A stretch of DNA of 64,000 bases, from positions 35,016 through 99,015 of IMG/VR virus record IMGVR_UViG_3300027747_004722. One strand, given 5' to 3'. The position numbers and the translations under genes are program-made. Origin of the DNA: a virus. Positions 19,122 through 29,058 of this stretch are shown here, piece after piece; position 1 is the first letter of the stretch; each line of letters begins with the position of its first letter. The notes below the pieces were generated by a model. The model saw only the letters and a list, made by a program, of their open reading frames with translations. It had not been told where the DNA came from and searched no databases.

Positions 19122-19346
19122 TTATTCTCCCTTGTTCAATTCTTTACTTGTGATGTGCCTCGTCGAGATGAGCCCCATCTGCTCTGCTCGCCCGACGTAC
19201 TCGGTGTTCCTCTCGTCCTCCAGGAGGAAGATGTTGTTCCCAGCACCAACCCCTGGTATGTTCAGCGTCGTGAACGATCTTGGCGACTTCCTTGACCTTA
19301 TAAGCAGCTGCACAGGACTCTTCGTCTTGTTTTTGATCTCAATCAT
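19122..19346 (-). CDS. Hypothetical protein
   Basis: Coupled ORF upstream of sheath. Confidence 0.7.
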   Translation of the reverse strand: MIEIKNKTKSPVQLLIRSRKSPRSFTTLNIPGVGAGNNIFLLEDERNTEYVGRAEQMGLISTRHITSKELNKGE

Positions 19347-20323
19347 CCCATCTGCCTTTCTATGTTCTCGACGCTGTTCTCTATCCTTCCCAAAACATCC
19401 GATATGTCCTTCTCTTCCACGCTGTTGTGAAGGTCCACCTTCGTATTCAGCACGGACTTTTTCCGAACTATCGGCTGTGGTATATACGACTTTGCGGTCA
19501 GATTAAACTCGAATTTTATGATTCGCTGGTTCTGGTCGCCCGGTTCGTAATCCACGTTGTTCGCTACGGAATCTAGTGTGACTATTGTCTCCCACCTGAC
19601 CCCTCGCACGCTTATATATGCAACTGGCGAGAATTTTACCAGAACCTGTTCAAGAATTTGGTCTATGTCCTCCATGTAGGCCGTCCAGGCCAGCAGGGTA
19701 TAGGTCTTGTTCACGGGTATTCCCCTGGCCACGCCGAAAACCGTGTCCCTTTCCGCCTTCTCCTTGACGTGGAAGCCGGGCCTTCCTCCGTCGCTCCTCA
19801 ACCTCATGTAGTCCAAGGCCTTGTGGTAGGTGTAGCGGCTCTGATCGAACTCCGTTCCCGACGAGTAAATGGCCATCATGGGCAGCCTTATGCGCTCGAC
19901 CACAAGGCTGCCGTCCTTCCGCGTGTTGTCCTGCAGAATCCAGGCGACCGCCCGCTCCTGCGTTCCCCATATGATCGGAACCTTGTGGGCCTTCCCGTCC
20001 TCGTCTATCACCACCACGTTGCTGAAGAGGTCGAGCATGGCCTCGTCGCAACCGCGGAGGCTCTTCGAGTACCTGTACAGAACTTCACGCTCTGGGTTCC
20101 TCATGTCCTCGACTATCTGCCCGGTCTGCATTGGGTCGCACTGGGCGTCTCTGCCCACGCTGACCTTGGATGACGACCCCCGCTCCAACCAACCGGATCC
20201 CATGCCGACGGGCCCCGGGCAATCCCGAGGGGGCGGATCCACCCCCCTGCTCGTCTCGACGGGGCTGGACGGCTTGCAGTCGTTCAGGCTTTTGTCTTGG
20301 TGGTTCCCCGGATTAACGGGCAT
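19343..20323 (-). CDS. Tail completion / sheath stabiliser, T4 gp15-like
   Basis: VPIIWGTQER, RLPMM, DQILEQV..KFSP; AAGGAG RBS. Confidence 0.75.
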   Translation of the reverse strand: MPVNPGNHQDKSLNDCKPSSPVETSRGVDPPPRDCPGPVGMGSGWLERGSSSKVSVGRDAQCDPMQTGQIVEDMRNPEREVLYRYSKSLRGCDEAMLDLFSNVVVIDEDGKAHKVPIIWGTQERAVAWILQDNTRKDGSLVVERIRLPMMAIYSSGTEFDQSRYTYHKALDYMRLRSDGGRPGFHVKEKAERDTVFGVARGIPVNKTYTLLAWTAYMEDIDQILEQVLVKFSPVAYISVRGVRWETIVTLDSVANNVDYEPGDQNQRIIKFEFNLTAKSYIPQPIVRKKSVLNTKVDLHNSVEEKDISDVLGRIENSVENIERQMG

Positions 20324-20368
20324 GTCGATCTCCTTTAGAATATGTAGGACTAGCGGATTGGAAAAAAC

Positions 20369-20542
20369 ATGAAACACTTCCCACTAAAGAAGAAGAGCTC
20401 CGGCCGCCGCCGAAAGACCTTCGTTCCCGAAGGCGTGAGGACCACCATGCCGAAGCCAAATTTCCCGAGGGTGGTCATGTGGGACGCCCACAAGCCGGGA
20501 CGGCCGAAAGAAAAGCCGTCCGACGCGTTAAATAGGGAATGA
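20369..20542 (+). CDS. Small basic hypothetical protein
   Basis: Manual translation MKHFPLKKKSSG...; ATGA-coupled to next gene. Confidence 0.4.
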   Translation: MKHFPLKKKSSGRRRKTFVPEGVRTTMPKPNFPRVVMWDAHKPGRPKEKPSDALNRE

Positions 20543-20958
20543 GATTCTCCCGGTGGATGGAGTCGAAAGTACCGCGCGTCAACAAGGTCGGCCATGAGAT
20601 GTCCGACAGGCTAGGATTGATCAGGGGCGCCAAAGCATGGAACCAGTCCGGGCAGGACTGCTACGAGATCGCATCCGCCGTGGCCGAGCGTTTCGGATAC
20701 GAGCCAGCGCCGGCCCACGAAATATCGTCTAGAATGGACCAATACAAGAGGTTCTGGGCGAGCAAGAACGTCCCTTGGATCAAGGCTCCCGAGCCGAAAG
20801 CCAGCAGGGAGGGAGTCGCCAATTTCGTCGTGAGGGTCGGGGACGACTTCAGGCACCATGTGGCGTTCGAGTACAAAGGAAAAGAGTACAACTACGGAGC
20901 CGCAAAGCCAGACGGTTTCGAAGTCCTGTTCAGGGTCCCGCTGAAGCCCAGATCATGA
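20539..20958 (+). CDS. Hypothetical protein (MRFSRWMES N-terminus)
   Basis: ATG 4 nt after TAAATA. Confidence 0.65.
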   Translation: MRFSRWMESKVPRVNKVGHEMSDRLGLIRGAKAWNQSGQDCYEIASAVAERFGYEPAPAHEISSRMDQYKRFWASKNVPWIKAPEPKASREGVANFVVRVGDDFRHHVAFEYKGKEYNYGAAKPDGFEVLFRVPLKPRS

Positions 20959-21504
20959 GCGGTTGTTCAGGTCGTTGAGGTCGAAGTCCGGCTTCTTCTG
21001 CGTGACCTTGCCCTCGCCGGTCGTGACGCTCTCCTGGAACCTCTGGCAGAGTATCTGGAGCCTCATCCTGCTCCACAGCATCGTCTCGCCCATGTTGAGC
21101 TGTATGATCACCCAGTCCTCTCCCCTGTGGGGGCTGTGTATTCGGGATCCTATCTTCGGGGGATGGCCGACCTTCTGGATGACCTCCCTGTAGTTCAGGT
21201 CGAATATCACCTCGTCGGGCGAGTCAATGCCGAACGCGCTCTGGTAGTTCTGGCCCACGACGGGCTCGTAGCTCGCGTAGAGCGTGACCGGGTTGTTCGA
21301 CCACAGCTTGCCCCTGTCCTCGCGGTACAGCCTGTCCAGCGAGCCCGTCTGTATGAAGACCTCGTAGTAGAATATCGGAGACCCGTATATCTTGATCCAC
21401 TCGGCGTCCCAGTCGTTCCAGATACATCGCTCCGGGTTGTCCGGGTCGAACTGCTCCAGGCTCCCCGTCACCTTGTACGGCGTTCCGTCCGGGTTCTTCA
21501 GCAT
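20953..21504 (-). CDS. Neck / head completion protein, T4 gp14-like
   Basis: EWIKIYGSPIFYY, LYREDR, FGID..DE, P.IG motifs. Confidence 0.7.
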   Translation of the reverse strand: MLKNPDGTPYKVTGSLEQFDPDNPERCIWNDWDAEWIKIYGSPIFYYEVFIQTGSLDRLYREDRGKLWSNNPVTLYASYEPVVGQNYQSAFGIDSPDEVIFDLNYREVIQKVGHPPKIGSRIHSPHRGEDWVIIQLNMGETMLWSRMRLQILCQRFQESVTTGEGKVTQKKPDFDLNDLNNRS

Positions 21505-21541
21505 GTCTCCTCCTACACTATGTAGGGCCGGAGACGCGCAA

Positions 21542-21943
21542 TCAGTTCAGCTGGACCTGGGGCCTCACGGATATCTCCCCGCCACCGGCCGGCAGGTTGA
21601 ACGGAGCCCCGGGGAACTCCTCCGCCCACAGTATGCCCCCGGAGGTGTTGGTCACATAGTAGCCGTAAACGCTCTGACCCACATCGAACATGAAGGTTAT
21701 CGTGGTGTTGTAGACGGCGGTGGTCACGCCTCCGTCCGTCGCCACAGTCCAGTTGGAGCCAACAAGCGTCTCGGAAGCGTAGCCCGATGCGTTCGCCTCG
21801 GTGAAGCTCGACGCGGTGAAAGTCTCGCCCGAAAGGCTCACCGAGTTGATGTACAGATGAAGAACCAAGTTCGTAGGGGCAGTCTTGTTCACTATGTACT
21901 CAAGAAGCCTACGCTCACCCTCGTCAGGAACCACCAAAGTCAT
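21542..21943 (-). CDS. Putative virion structural protein
   Basis: LVLHLY.N, EA..SGY, VYGYYV, LWAEEF; beta-rich. Confidence 0.6.
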   Translation of the reverse strand: MTLVVPDEGERRLLEYIVNKTAPTNLVLHLYINSVSLSGETFTASSFTEANASGYASETLVGSNWTVATDGGVTTAVYNTTITFMFDVGQSVYGYYVTNTSGGILWAEEFPGAPFNLPAGGGEISVRPQVQLN

Positions 21944-21998
21944 ATTGCCCCCTTCTTAATCTCGGCCGTATCGTATATAGTAGTTTGGAGAAAAAACC

Positions 21999-22637
21999 AT
22001 GGCCATTTTGACTAGGGACGGAAACGTGTTTGTTCTGGAGGGCCCAAACCCGCTCGTCGAAAAGCAGGTGGCGTGGGACAAATCGAAGCTCGTGTTCCAC
22101 AACTTCCAGTGGGACGAGATACGGCACAAAGGCCCCCAAAGAAAACAGGAACAGAACCCGGAAAAGCCCGAACGCCCCCAGCCGCCGATCGCGACATTCG
22201 AGAGCGCGCCGGAACCCACTCCGGCAAATGACCCGGAGCCGCAAGAGCAACAGAAAAGGGACTTCGACCTCCCGCTCATAAAATACAAGGTTCTCTGCCA
22301 CTGCCTGCCGGCCAAGGTCGAGAAGAGGTCGGACCCTCTCTACGGCGAGTCGTGGACGAGGATCAACTACGGATCCAAGTTCGTATTCCCCTGCGTCATG
22401 ATCTCCTCCCAAGACCTGCTGATCGAATTCTGGACGAGCGACCCGAGGCAGCAGATATCCGAGAAGAGCGTGATCTACCCCTTCTCCTACGAGGTCCACA
22501 ACTCGCAGACCAACTCCTACGACAGAGTCCCGTACGACGACTACAGATGGTGGAGGGTGACTTCGAAGGAGCCCAAGGAGGGCGGCTGGCTATTCACGGC
22601 CGGGCCTAGCGACATGCAGCCAGACTTCTCGGACTAG
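21999..22637 (+). CDS. Hypothetical protein
   Basis: GGAG RBS, 212-aa ORF. Confidence 0.7.
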   Translation: MAILTRDGNVFVLEGPNPLVEKQVAWDKSKLVFHNFQWDEIRHKGPQRKQEQNPEKPERPQPPIATFESAPEPTPANDPEPQEQQKRDFDLPLIKYKVLCHCLPAKVEKRSDPLYGESWTRINYGSKFVFPCVMISSQDLLIEFWTSDPRQQISEKSVIYPFSYEVHNSQTNSYDRVPYDDYRWWRVTSKEPKEGGWLFTAGPSDMQPDFSD

Positions 22638-22924
22638 ATGTCGCGGAATATCGGATCGCCCTTCGGAGGCTCCGATTCGGGCACCACGTCTATCTTGAAC
22701 CCCATCTTCGCGATCTGATCCTTGTACTGATCGACAGCCCGAAGGAAGCCGACCTCGAACAGGTCGGCAACGAGCGTGCTCAACCCCTCGTAGTCCTCCC
22801 TGACGACCGTCGTGGCCGCGAGACGCTCGACATACCTCTCGTTCCTGCGGTACCTTTCCTTGAGCACCTCGAAAAGGTACTTCTTTATGGCGACCGAATG
22901 GGGGTTGTTGGCGAAAGGGTTCAC
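22634..22924 (-). CDS. Hypothetical protein
   Basis: 96-aa ORF with coding-like composition. Confidence 0.65.
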   Translation of the reverse strand: MNPFANNPHSVAIKKYLFEVLKERYRRNERYVERLAATTVVREDYEGLSTLVADLFEVGFLRAVDQYKDQIAKMGFKIDVVPESEPPKGDPIFRDI

Positions 22925-22969
22925 GACCTAAAAGAGAGAAGCATTGCCAAATAAAAGCGCCGCGTCCGT

Positions 22970-23236
22970 CTAGACGCGCCTCGGCCAAACCTTGTAGTAC
23001 CCTATGACCGAAAGAAAGACTATGTTGGCGGCGTAGTTGAACATAAGGGGCAGCTCCATCTTCGGGAAAACGTACGCCAAGGTGAGGACCTCGCCCGCCC
23101 CCCACATGATGAGAAGCCCCCAAGTCACGCCCGGCGAAGACTTGGTGCGAAAAGACTCTATGGCCTGCGGCAGCCCGCAGAAGGCCAACAACACGGAACC
23201 GACCCACCCGATGGCTTCGATCAAACCCGTTTCCAT
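22970..23236 (-). CDS. PQ-loop / SemiSWEET-family membrane protein
   Basis: Three TM helices, GLPQA..SFRTKSS.GVT motif. Confidence 0.85.
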   Translation of the reverse strand: METGLIEAIGWVGSVLLAFCGLPQAIESFRTKSSPGVTWGLLIMWGAGEVLTLAYVFPKMELPLMFNYAANIVFLSVIGYYKVWPRRV

Positions 23237-23286
23237 GCATGTATATACCCCCGTCAGAGCAACAGTTAAAAACGGAGCAAAAGGGC

Positions 23287-24114
23287 GTGAAATTCAGCGA
23301 ATGGCTTCTGTCCAGACACCATGATTGGCAAGAGTCCGCACTGTCGATGCTCGCCCCCTCGACGGGAAGGGGCGGGTTCGGAAACGACGACGAAGAAGGC
23401 GATGACGACGGGGGCGGAGACGAATGGGACTGGGAGCGCATGGACCGATACAGGTGGAATCTCTTCAAGTGGTGCGGCGAGACCGCGTCCATGAGGGAAA
23501 TCGCCGGTCTTATTGGCGACTTCGTGGAAAGGCAGAATCCCAAAAAAGTGACATACCTGATACAGCATTCAAAATACCAGGGCGAGGGACGCCCAAGGTA
23601 TTTGCTGCAACTCAGGTACCACTTTGATTTCGACATCTCTCCCGTCGAAGACAAGCTGAGGAAAATACTGGAGAGGTCCGACCTCCACAAAGTCCTCGGC
23701 AAGGAAAAAAAGGACAACTGGACGCTCCTGCAGGAAGAGGAGGTCAGAGACTACATGACATACATCATATGCTTCTACCTTACTCAAAATCACGATTCGT
23801 CAAAAGACAATTGGGCAAAGGCCGCAGAAGGATCCCCGCTTGACAGGCATTTTTCTTTCAATGTATGGAACAGACTCAAAAAAACATGGGCGTCCAAGGT
23901 CCTCCCTGAAATTTCAGAAATAGCCATCGGGGCCGCATCCAAGGGCAGGATAGAAAGACCAAAAAGCTGGCTGGACATAGGAAAGCCAGAGGTCAAGTCC
24001 GACATTTCCGAAATGCGTCCTCCTTGGGGCGCATCGACCTACAACTCCGAAACGAAAGAATTGGGAGCGTCGGTCACGGCGATGATACCCTTCGACTGGA
24101 ACTACGCCAGATAG
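23287..24114 (+). CDS. Hypothetical protein (MKFSEWLL N-terminus)
   Basis: GTG start estimated from the recurrent N-terminal motif. Confidence 0.65.
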   Translation: MKFSEWLLSRHHDWQESALSMLAPSTGRGGFGNDDEEGDDDGGGDEWDWERMDRYRWNLFKWCGETASMREIAGLIGDFVERQNPKKVTYLIQHSKYQGEGRPRYLLQLRYHFDFDISPVEDKLRKILERSDLHKVLGKEKKDNWTLLQEEEVRDYMTYIICFYLTQNHDSSKDNWAKAAEGSPLDRHFSFNVWNRLKKTWASKVLPEISEIAIGAASKGRIERPKSWLDIGKPEVKSDISEMRPPWGASTYNSETKELGASVTAMIPFDWNYAR

Positions 24115-24989
24115 GGCTCCGTTCCCGTCCACTCGCCCTTCCTCTGCCCCCACTGCCTGACAAGATCCTCGGGAACCTCCCCGTAGACGAGCCTCGGCCT
24201 CTGCTTGTAGTCGAAAGGCACATGCAGCACGCAGACGATCCTGTTCGTACCCCTGAAGCCTATGGGCTCCTCCACCCGTGCGGTCAGGTTGAAAGGCTCG
24301 CTGGAATGGCGGAACGGGTTGGCGAGCCCCTTGAGCGTCCTCGTCATCTTCTCCCGCGCGGCCATGAAGTCCCTCTCCGCTTTCGACTTGTCGGGCACCT
24401 CCGCGTCCTTGAAGTATCTCTTTAGGTAATAGCCCGAATACGCAGCCTGCCTCCTCAAGGCCGCCTTGAAAACCTCGTCCGCAACCGCACCGACCCTCTC
24501 CTTTGCCATCGGATTCAACCCGATGTAGGAGGCCGTCCTGCTGAATACGCGATCCCTGTACTCCTCCCGAGCCTTCTCGACATACTCCTCGTACGAAGGG
24601 TCGCCGAGCATGGAGTACAGGTCGGCGACCTTCATCTCGTTGTTCGCGACCGTGGCCATGAAGTTGAGGTCGTCCTCGTCCGCGAACGCGGTCTTCGGCT
24701 GCATCTCCACCGCGACCAGGAGGTCGCCCTCCTCCATGTACTTGCGGTTCGCCCCGTTGGTGGCCGCCGAAAGCGCGGTCATGAGGTTCCTCGTCAGGTA
24801 GATGCCGTCGAGCGAGGCGCGGCTCGCGCTGTTGAACGAAGAGCCGGGGTCGTCCGCCCACGCCTTGCTCCTCCCCCTCGGCAGAAGCCCGTGGGACATG
24901 ATCGAGCGCAGGTTCCTGAAGGCAGTGCCGTGGTACATGATCACCTTCGGCGTGCGGGCCTCCCGCAGAATCCACTCGGAAAACTTCAT
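24102..24989 (-). CDS. ADP-ribosyltransferase-like protein
   Basis: MYHGT...SIMSHGLLP...GIYLT...A; starts MKFSEWILRE. Confidence 0.65.
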   Translation of the reverse strand: MKFSEWILREARTPKVIMYHGTAFRNLRSIMSHGLLPRGRSKAWADDPGSSFNSASRASLDGIYLTRNLMTALSAATNGANRKYMEEGDLLVAVEMQPKTAFADEDDLNFMATVANNEMKVADLYSMLGDPSYEEYVEKAREEYRDRVFSRTASYIGLNPMAKERVGAVADEVFKAALRRQAAYSGYYLKRYFKDAEVPDKSKAERDFMAAREKMTRTLKGLANPFRHSSEPFNLTARVEEPIGFRGTNRIVCVLHVPFDYKQRPRLVYGEVPEDLVRQWGQRKGEWTGTEPYLA

Positions 24990-25600
24990 TTCACCCTCCG
25001 GAGCATCGACCAGTCGATCTCCAATTTGCCCTTGAAGCCGAGGTTCTTCTCCACCTGCCAGGTGAAGTACCACCCCCGCGGCAGTTCGTAAAGCCGCCCG
25101 CCAATCACCGCCATATTGTCCAGCTCGGTGGGGTTGGTCTTCGAGCCCTCGGGAGACTCGCTCCACTCCGATCCGTTGTCGTACTTGATGAGCCTGTACG
25201 ACCTGTTGCACTCCAAAGGATAAGTCAGCAGGTAGCCGTCACCGTAAGCATGCTCAAGAGCGTAGGTCCTCGGGTCGTAGTGGTGCACCGGCTGGATGTC
25301 GTAGGTGAACCACAGCATCCCGCTCATCGCTCTTTCTCCATTCAGGTATAGCCTTCCCCCCGACTCTTCGGCGTCCCTCTCGAACGACCTCATGTCGAAA
25401 CCCCTCCAGCACGTGATCCTGTGCGGTTCCTCCACGATTCTGTCGGATACCACCTTGCGCTGCATCTTGGCGAGCCTGTCCTTCAGGTCGCTTTCGTACC
25501 TCCGCCTGTCCTCGGGGTCGTCCATGTCGTATGTGGCCTTGTTGACCGGCCAGCGGTCGGTAACCTCCATGTCATAATCGAGGAACTCCCTGAACTTCAT
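24986..25600 (-). CDS. Hypothetical protein, possible ART-like fold
   Basis: CWRG...LWFT...YA...GYLLTYPL pattern; starts MKFREFL. Confidence 0.55.
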   Translation of the reverse strand: MKFREFLDYDMEVTDRWPVNKATYDMDDPEDRRRYESDLKDRLAKMQRKVVSDRIVEEPHRITCWRGFDMRSFERDAEESGGRLYLNGERAMSGMLWFTYDIQPVHHYDPRTYALEHAYGDGYLLTYPLECNRSYRLIKYDNGSEWSESPEGSKTNPTELDNMAVIGGRLYELPRGWYFTWQVEKNLGFKGKLEIDWSMLRRVK

Positions 25601-26010
25601 CGCGCCTCCACCCTCTTGAATTCATCCTTGCCCCGCAGGCGCTCGAGGAAGGAGCTCATTCGCTGGAAGGTGAAGACCCTGACCTCGTACTCGCCGCGCC
25701 CGTTCTGGGTCACTGATAGCACCCTGCCGCCCTCCTCCGATATTATCTCGGACACGGCCCGCGGATTCATCCCCCCGGCCGACACGGTTATGCTCCGCGT
25801 CTTCGTCACGGCGACGCCCGCAGACGCGATGGCGATGAAAAGACATGCGACCGACGAGTAGGCCAAAGCCCTCACCCACCCCCTGGGGCGGTCGTCCACT
25901 ATCATCCCCATCTCCACCACCGGCACATAGTCCCCCTGCCCCCGCTCCCTCACGGAGTCCAGGTAGGCGGGGAGATCCTTCAAAGGCATGGGCCTGTCTT
26001 GTCGTTCCAT
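25597..26010 (-). CDS. Membrane-anchored hypothetical protein
   Basis: GGAGG RBS; one TM helix. Confidence 0.65.
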   Translation of the reverse strand: MERQDRPMPLKDLPAYLDSVRERGQGDYVPVVEMGMIVDDRPRGWVRALAYSSVACLFIAIASAGVAVTKTRSITVSAGGMNPRAVSEIISEEGGRVLSVTQNGRGEYEVRVFTFQRMSSFLERLRGKDEFKRVEAR

Positions 26011-26022
26011 ACTCTGTCCTCC

Positions 26023-26256
26023 CTATCGTTTTCGAAAACCCCTCCGCACCGCCACCGCACCGCACGCGAGGCTCAACAGCCCCAAAAGCGGGACCTGGGG
26101 CAGGACGCACAGGAGCCAGACGCCCGCCGCGGCCGACAGAACGCCCAACGCCAAACCCACGCGCCTGAACCCCAGGAAACTCAGCAGCAGCGAAGCGCCC
26201 GCAACCCCCCACACGGAGAGCATCACTACGGCCGCCAACAGAGCTATAGATTCCAT
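26023..26256 (-). CDS. Small membrane protein
   Basis: Three hydrophobic segments. Confidence 0.6.
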   Translation of the reverse strand: MESIALLAAVVMLSVWGVAGASLLLSFLGFRRVGLALGVLSAAAGVWLLCVLPQVPLLGLLSLACGAVAVRRGFRKR

Positions 26257-26274
26257 GAGCTCCCTCTTGCGGTA

Positions 26275-27585
26275 CTACCGCCCGTTCCTCTTCTGGCCCG
26301 TCGCACCCACAACACCGCCGGCGACGGCCGCGGGAACCGTGTACTTATCGGGCGAGAACTGTGCTTTAGCAGCTGCCAACCTTTTGGCAATTTCTTCAGA
26401 GCCACTGTGTCCGTAATGTTTTAAATCTAATCTAGCACTTAATGGGGTAGGAGAAGACTGAAGCATTGCATTTGTTGCGTCACTTCTGTCTGCATCCCCT
26501 CCAAAAACGCCACCAAGAACTCCAGGTTTATACTCTCCCTGTAAAACTCTTGCGGCATCCCTATATGTGTCTCTCAAATCAGGACTGCTCGGGACGCCCA
26601 CCCTAGTAAGCGACTCCGAACCTCCAGTACTACTTGCGTTTATGGTTCTTCCAATTCCACTGCCTTGGGCATGAAGATCTTTAGGGTCGAGACCACTCGA
26701 TGCTCCCTTATTTTTCAATAATTTATCCGCCATTGAAACTGATTGATCACCGTAAACTTTGTGTCCGTCATCGTTGATGAAATAAGGGTGATTTACTTCT
26801 TGTCCGCCTTTGGAGGTTATTCGATCACCACTTGCCGACTTTCCGTTATCGTCCAGAACTATATTCTGCTTAACCCAGCTAAGAACTTGTGGGTCTATTC
26901 CTTGGTCTTTTATCTTTTCCATTATGAAATCTTTGACCTCATGAGTGATCTTACCTACTCCTGCGCCTATAGCGGCCCCTGCTCCCACGAGAAACAACAT
27001 CCTTGCGACTTCCTTCGGGTTGCCCTTGGCCCACTCTCCTATTTCCTTCGCTCTCTGACCCAAGGCTCCTGCTATCTTGCTGCCGTATCCGGCGACGTTG
27101 CCCGCCACTGACCCAGCAGCCCCACCTATTTTCTCCCCGGCCCAATCCCCCCACGTGTCGGCCTCGACGAAAGCCCTGAATGACTCCAGGGCCGGCTTTG
27201 GTTGGGGAGCCATCGCCTGACCAACCTTGCCGGCGACTTTGGCGCCTGCGTCCCATGTGGCGTCGAACGCCTTGTTCGCGCCCTTCATGAGCGGCTGCTT
27301 CACGAAGTAGAGAAGAGCCGCGAATGGCACCGCCGCCGGCCCGCCAGTTATGCCGGCCGCGACCAGCGCAGTGGCCAAGGGCAGAGGCACGCCCGTCTTC
27401 TGCGACAGAGCCTTGGCCGCCCCTCCGGCCCTAGACAATGCCTGCTTGGCCGCATCCGCATACCTGTCGTAGTTCTGCTCCACGCCCTGACGGGCCTGCT
27501 GGTAGCCCTGTCCGTAGCCCTTCTTGAGACTGTCGAAAAAACCCTCTTCGTACCGCTCCAAAGCCCATTCATTAAAGGTTCGCAT
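26275..27585 (-). CDS. Gly/Ala-rich hypothetical protein, possible internal or ejection protein
   Basis: MRTFNEWALE start; hydrophobic Gly-rich helices; AT-rich C-terminal half. Confidence 0.7.
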   Translation of the reverse strand: MRTFNEWALERYEEGFFDSLKKGYGQGYQQARQGVEQNYDRYADAAKQALSRAGGAAKALSQKTGVPLPLATALVAAGITGGPAAVPFAALLYFVKQPLMKGANKAFDATWDAGAKVAGKVGQAMAPQPKPALESFRAFVEADTWGDWAGEKIGGAAGSVAGNVAGYGSKIAGALGQRAKEIGEWAKGNPKEVARMLFLVGAGAAIGAGVGKITHEVKDFIMEKIKDQGIDPQVLSWVKQNIVLDDNGKSASGDRITSKGGQEVNHPYFINDDGHKVYGDQSVSMADKLLKNKGASSGLDPKDLHAQGSGIGRTINASSTGGSESLTRVGVPSSPDLRDTYRDAARVLQGEYKPGVLGGVFGGDADRSDATNAMLQSSPTPLSARLDLKHYGHSGSEEIAKRLAAAKAQFSPDKYTVPAAVAGGVVGATGQKRNGR

Positions 27586-27612
27586 GCCATATATACACTC
27601 GGAGGACCACTT

Positions 27613-28506
27613 ATGTCATGTAACGGAAGCAACACCCTCGCCATCAACAGGCCCAGCATGAGCGGCATGGCCAGCGCCCAGTGCAACAGCGCCTGCACCG
27701 CCCTCGGACACGCAGACCCCCTCAACAAGGCCCAGCTCGGCCCGAGGAGGCAGAGGGAGAAGGTCAGGGAGCAGATCAAGGACTACTGCCTCCACATGCT
27801 CGGCGCCCCCGTCGTCAAGCTGGAGCTCGACGCCCAGAACCTAGACTTCGCCGTCGACCAGGCCATGAAGGTCTTCGAGGACTACGCCGGCAGGGAGCAC
27901 TTCCAGTACTACGTGTTCGACAGCGTCCCCGGGCAGAGCGTCTACCAGATGCCCCCCGAGGTCGGCGTCGTCAGGAATGTCTTCTACAAGGAGGTCGGCA
28001 ACTACGCATTCCAGGCAAGCGACGTGGGAGGGGCGATACCAATCGAGTACTTCTACGCCTCCGGCAGCTACAGCTCAATCCAAGGAGGACTCATCGACCC
28101 AGTCCATCCCATATGGGGAAAAATGGGGGAGTGGGTTCAGTATCGGCAGTATGAACAAATGTACAGTAGAACGAGTTCTGCACTGGGGGGGTGGGAGTTC
28201 CTCGGTGGGCTGAATTCCATCAAGCTATACCCTGTTCCGTATAGAATACAGAAAGTTATGGTTCACTACCTCCAGAAGAACAAGGACTGGGCGGAAGTCT
28301 CGCAGGCTCTTCAAGAGGGGGCGTTGACATACGCCAAGGAGATTCTCGGGAGGATCAGGAGTAAATACCAGAGCGTACCCGGAGCCCAAGGCGCAGTTGC
28401 GATGGACGGATCCACCCTCATTCAGGAAGCCAGGGAGGACAGACAGAAGTGGTTCGAGGACCTGATCTACAAGTTCGGAGACCTGCCGTTCATCAGTCTT
28501 GACTGA
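27613..28506 (+). CDS. Neck protein, T4 gp13-like
   Basis: IKDYCL.MLGAPVVKLELD, AKEILGRIRSKY..PG, MDG..L..EA; GGAGG RBS. Confidence 0.85.
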   Translation: MSCNGSNTLAINRPSMSGMASAQCNSACTALGHADPLNKAQLGPRRQREKVREQIKDYCLHMLGAPVVKLELDAQNLDFAVDQAMKVFEDYAGREHFQYYVFDSVPGQSVYQMPPEVGVVRNVFYKEVGNYAFQASDVGGAIPIEYFYASGSYSSIQGGLIDPVHPIWGKMGEWVQYRQYEQMYSRTSSALGGWEFLGGLNSIKLYPVPYRIQKVMVHYLQKNKDWAEVSQALQEGALTYAKEILGRIRSKYQSVPGAQGAVAMDGSTLIQEAREDRQKWFEDLIYKFGDLPFISLD

Positions 28507-28532
28507 TTTTGTTGAAATGTTATGATGATTTG

Positions 28533-28922
28533 ATGGAAATCGAAAAGGTCATCAAATCGATATTGGATTGTCTATCCCCCGATCTTCTCAAACCGAGTTA
28601 TCGGGAAGAAAACAAGAAAAATCCAACCTTCGGACATTGCTATGTGGCTTCGGAAGTGCTATTCCATTTAATCGAGGCGGATATTCCCGGAAGATTTTCT
28701 CCATGGATCGGCAAAGATGACCAAGGCATCAATCACTGGTGGCTCGTCGACAACGAGGATGGATCCATAGTCGATCCCACGGCCGACCAATACATTTCCC
28801 AAGGAAAGATTCCGCCGTACGAACACGGAAGGAAGTTTTCCTTTTTGACCAAAAATCCATCCCGGCGCGCCAAGATTGTTATGGAAAGAATCAACCTCGG
28901 TCGCGCTGCCCCTCCCACCTGA
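28533..28922 (+). CDS. Hypothetical protein (GHCY..SE / HWW / DPT.DQ)
   Basis: Lower-GC ORF with Cys-His-Asp-like spacing. Confidence 0.6.
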   Translation: MEIEKVIKSILDCLSPDLLKPSYREENKKNPTFGHCYVASEVLFHLIEADIPGRFSPWIGKDDQGINHWWLVDNEDGSIVDPTADQYISQGKIPPYEHGRKFSFLTKNPSRRAKIVMERINLGRAAPPT

Positions 28923-29011
28923 CGGAGTTGCAGTGGGCGAATGAGAGGGGTCTTTCGCGAATCTGGGACTGCGGGAAAGTCCGATGGGAGTACGAGGTCC
29001 AAGCCTCCTAA
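28903..29011 (+). pseudogene. C-terminal remnant of a Hef-like homing endonuclease
   Basis: LTELQWANERGLSRIWDCGKVRWEY matches KTERQIMSDLGYNRIYDCGSMKFEW of 764-2245. Confidence 0.7.
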
Positions 29012-29058
29012 ATTTGCCTTTCACCCATAAATACAGGGCGGCACAATCGAGGCTCAAA

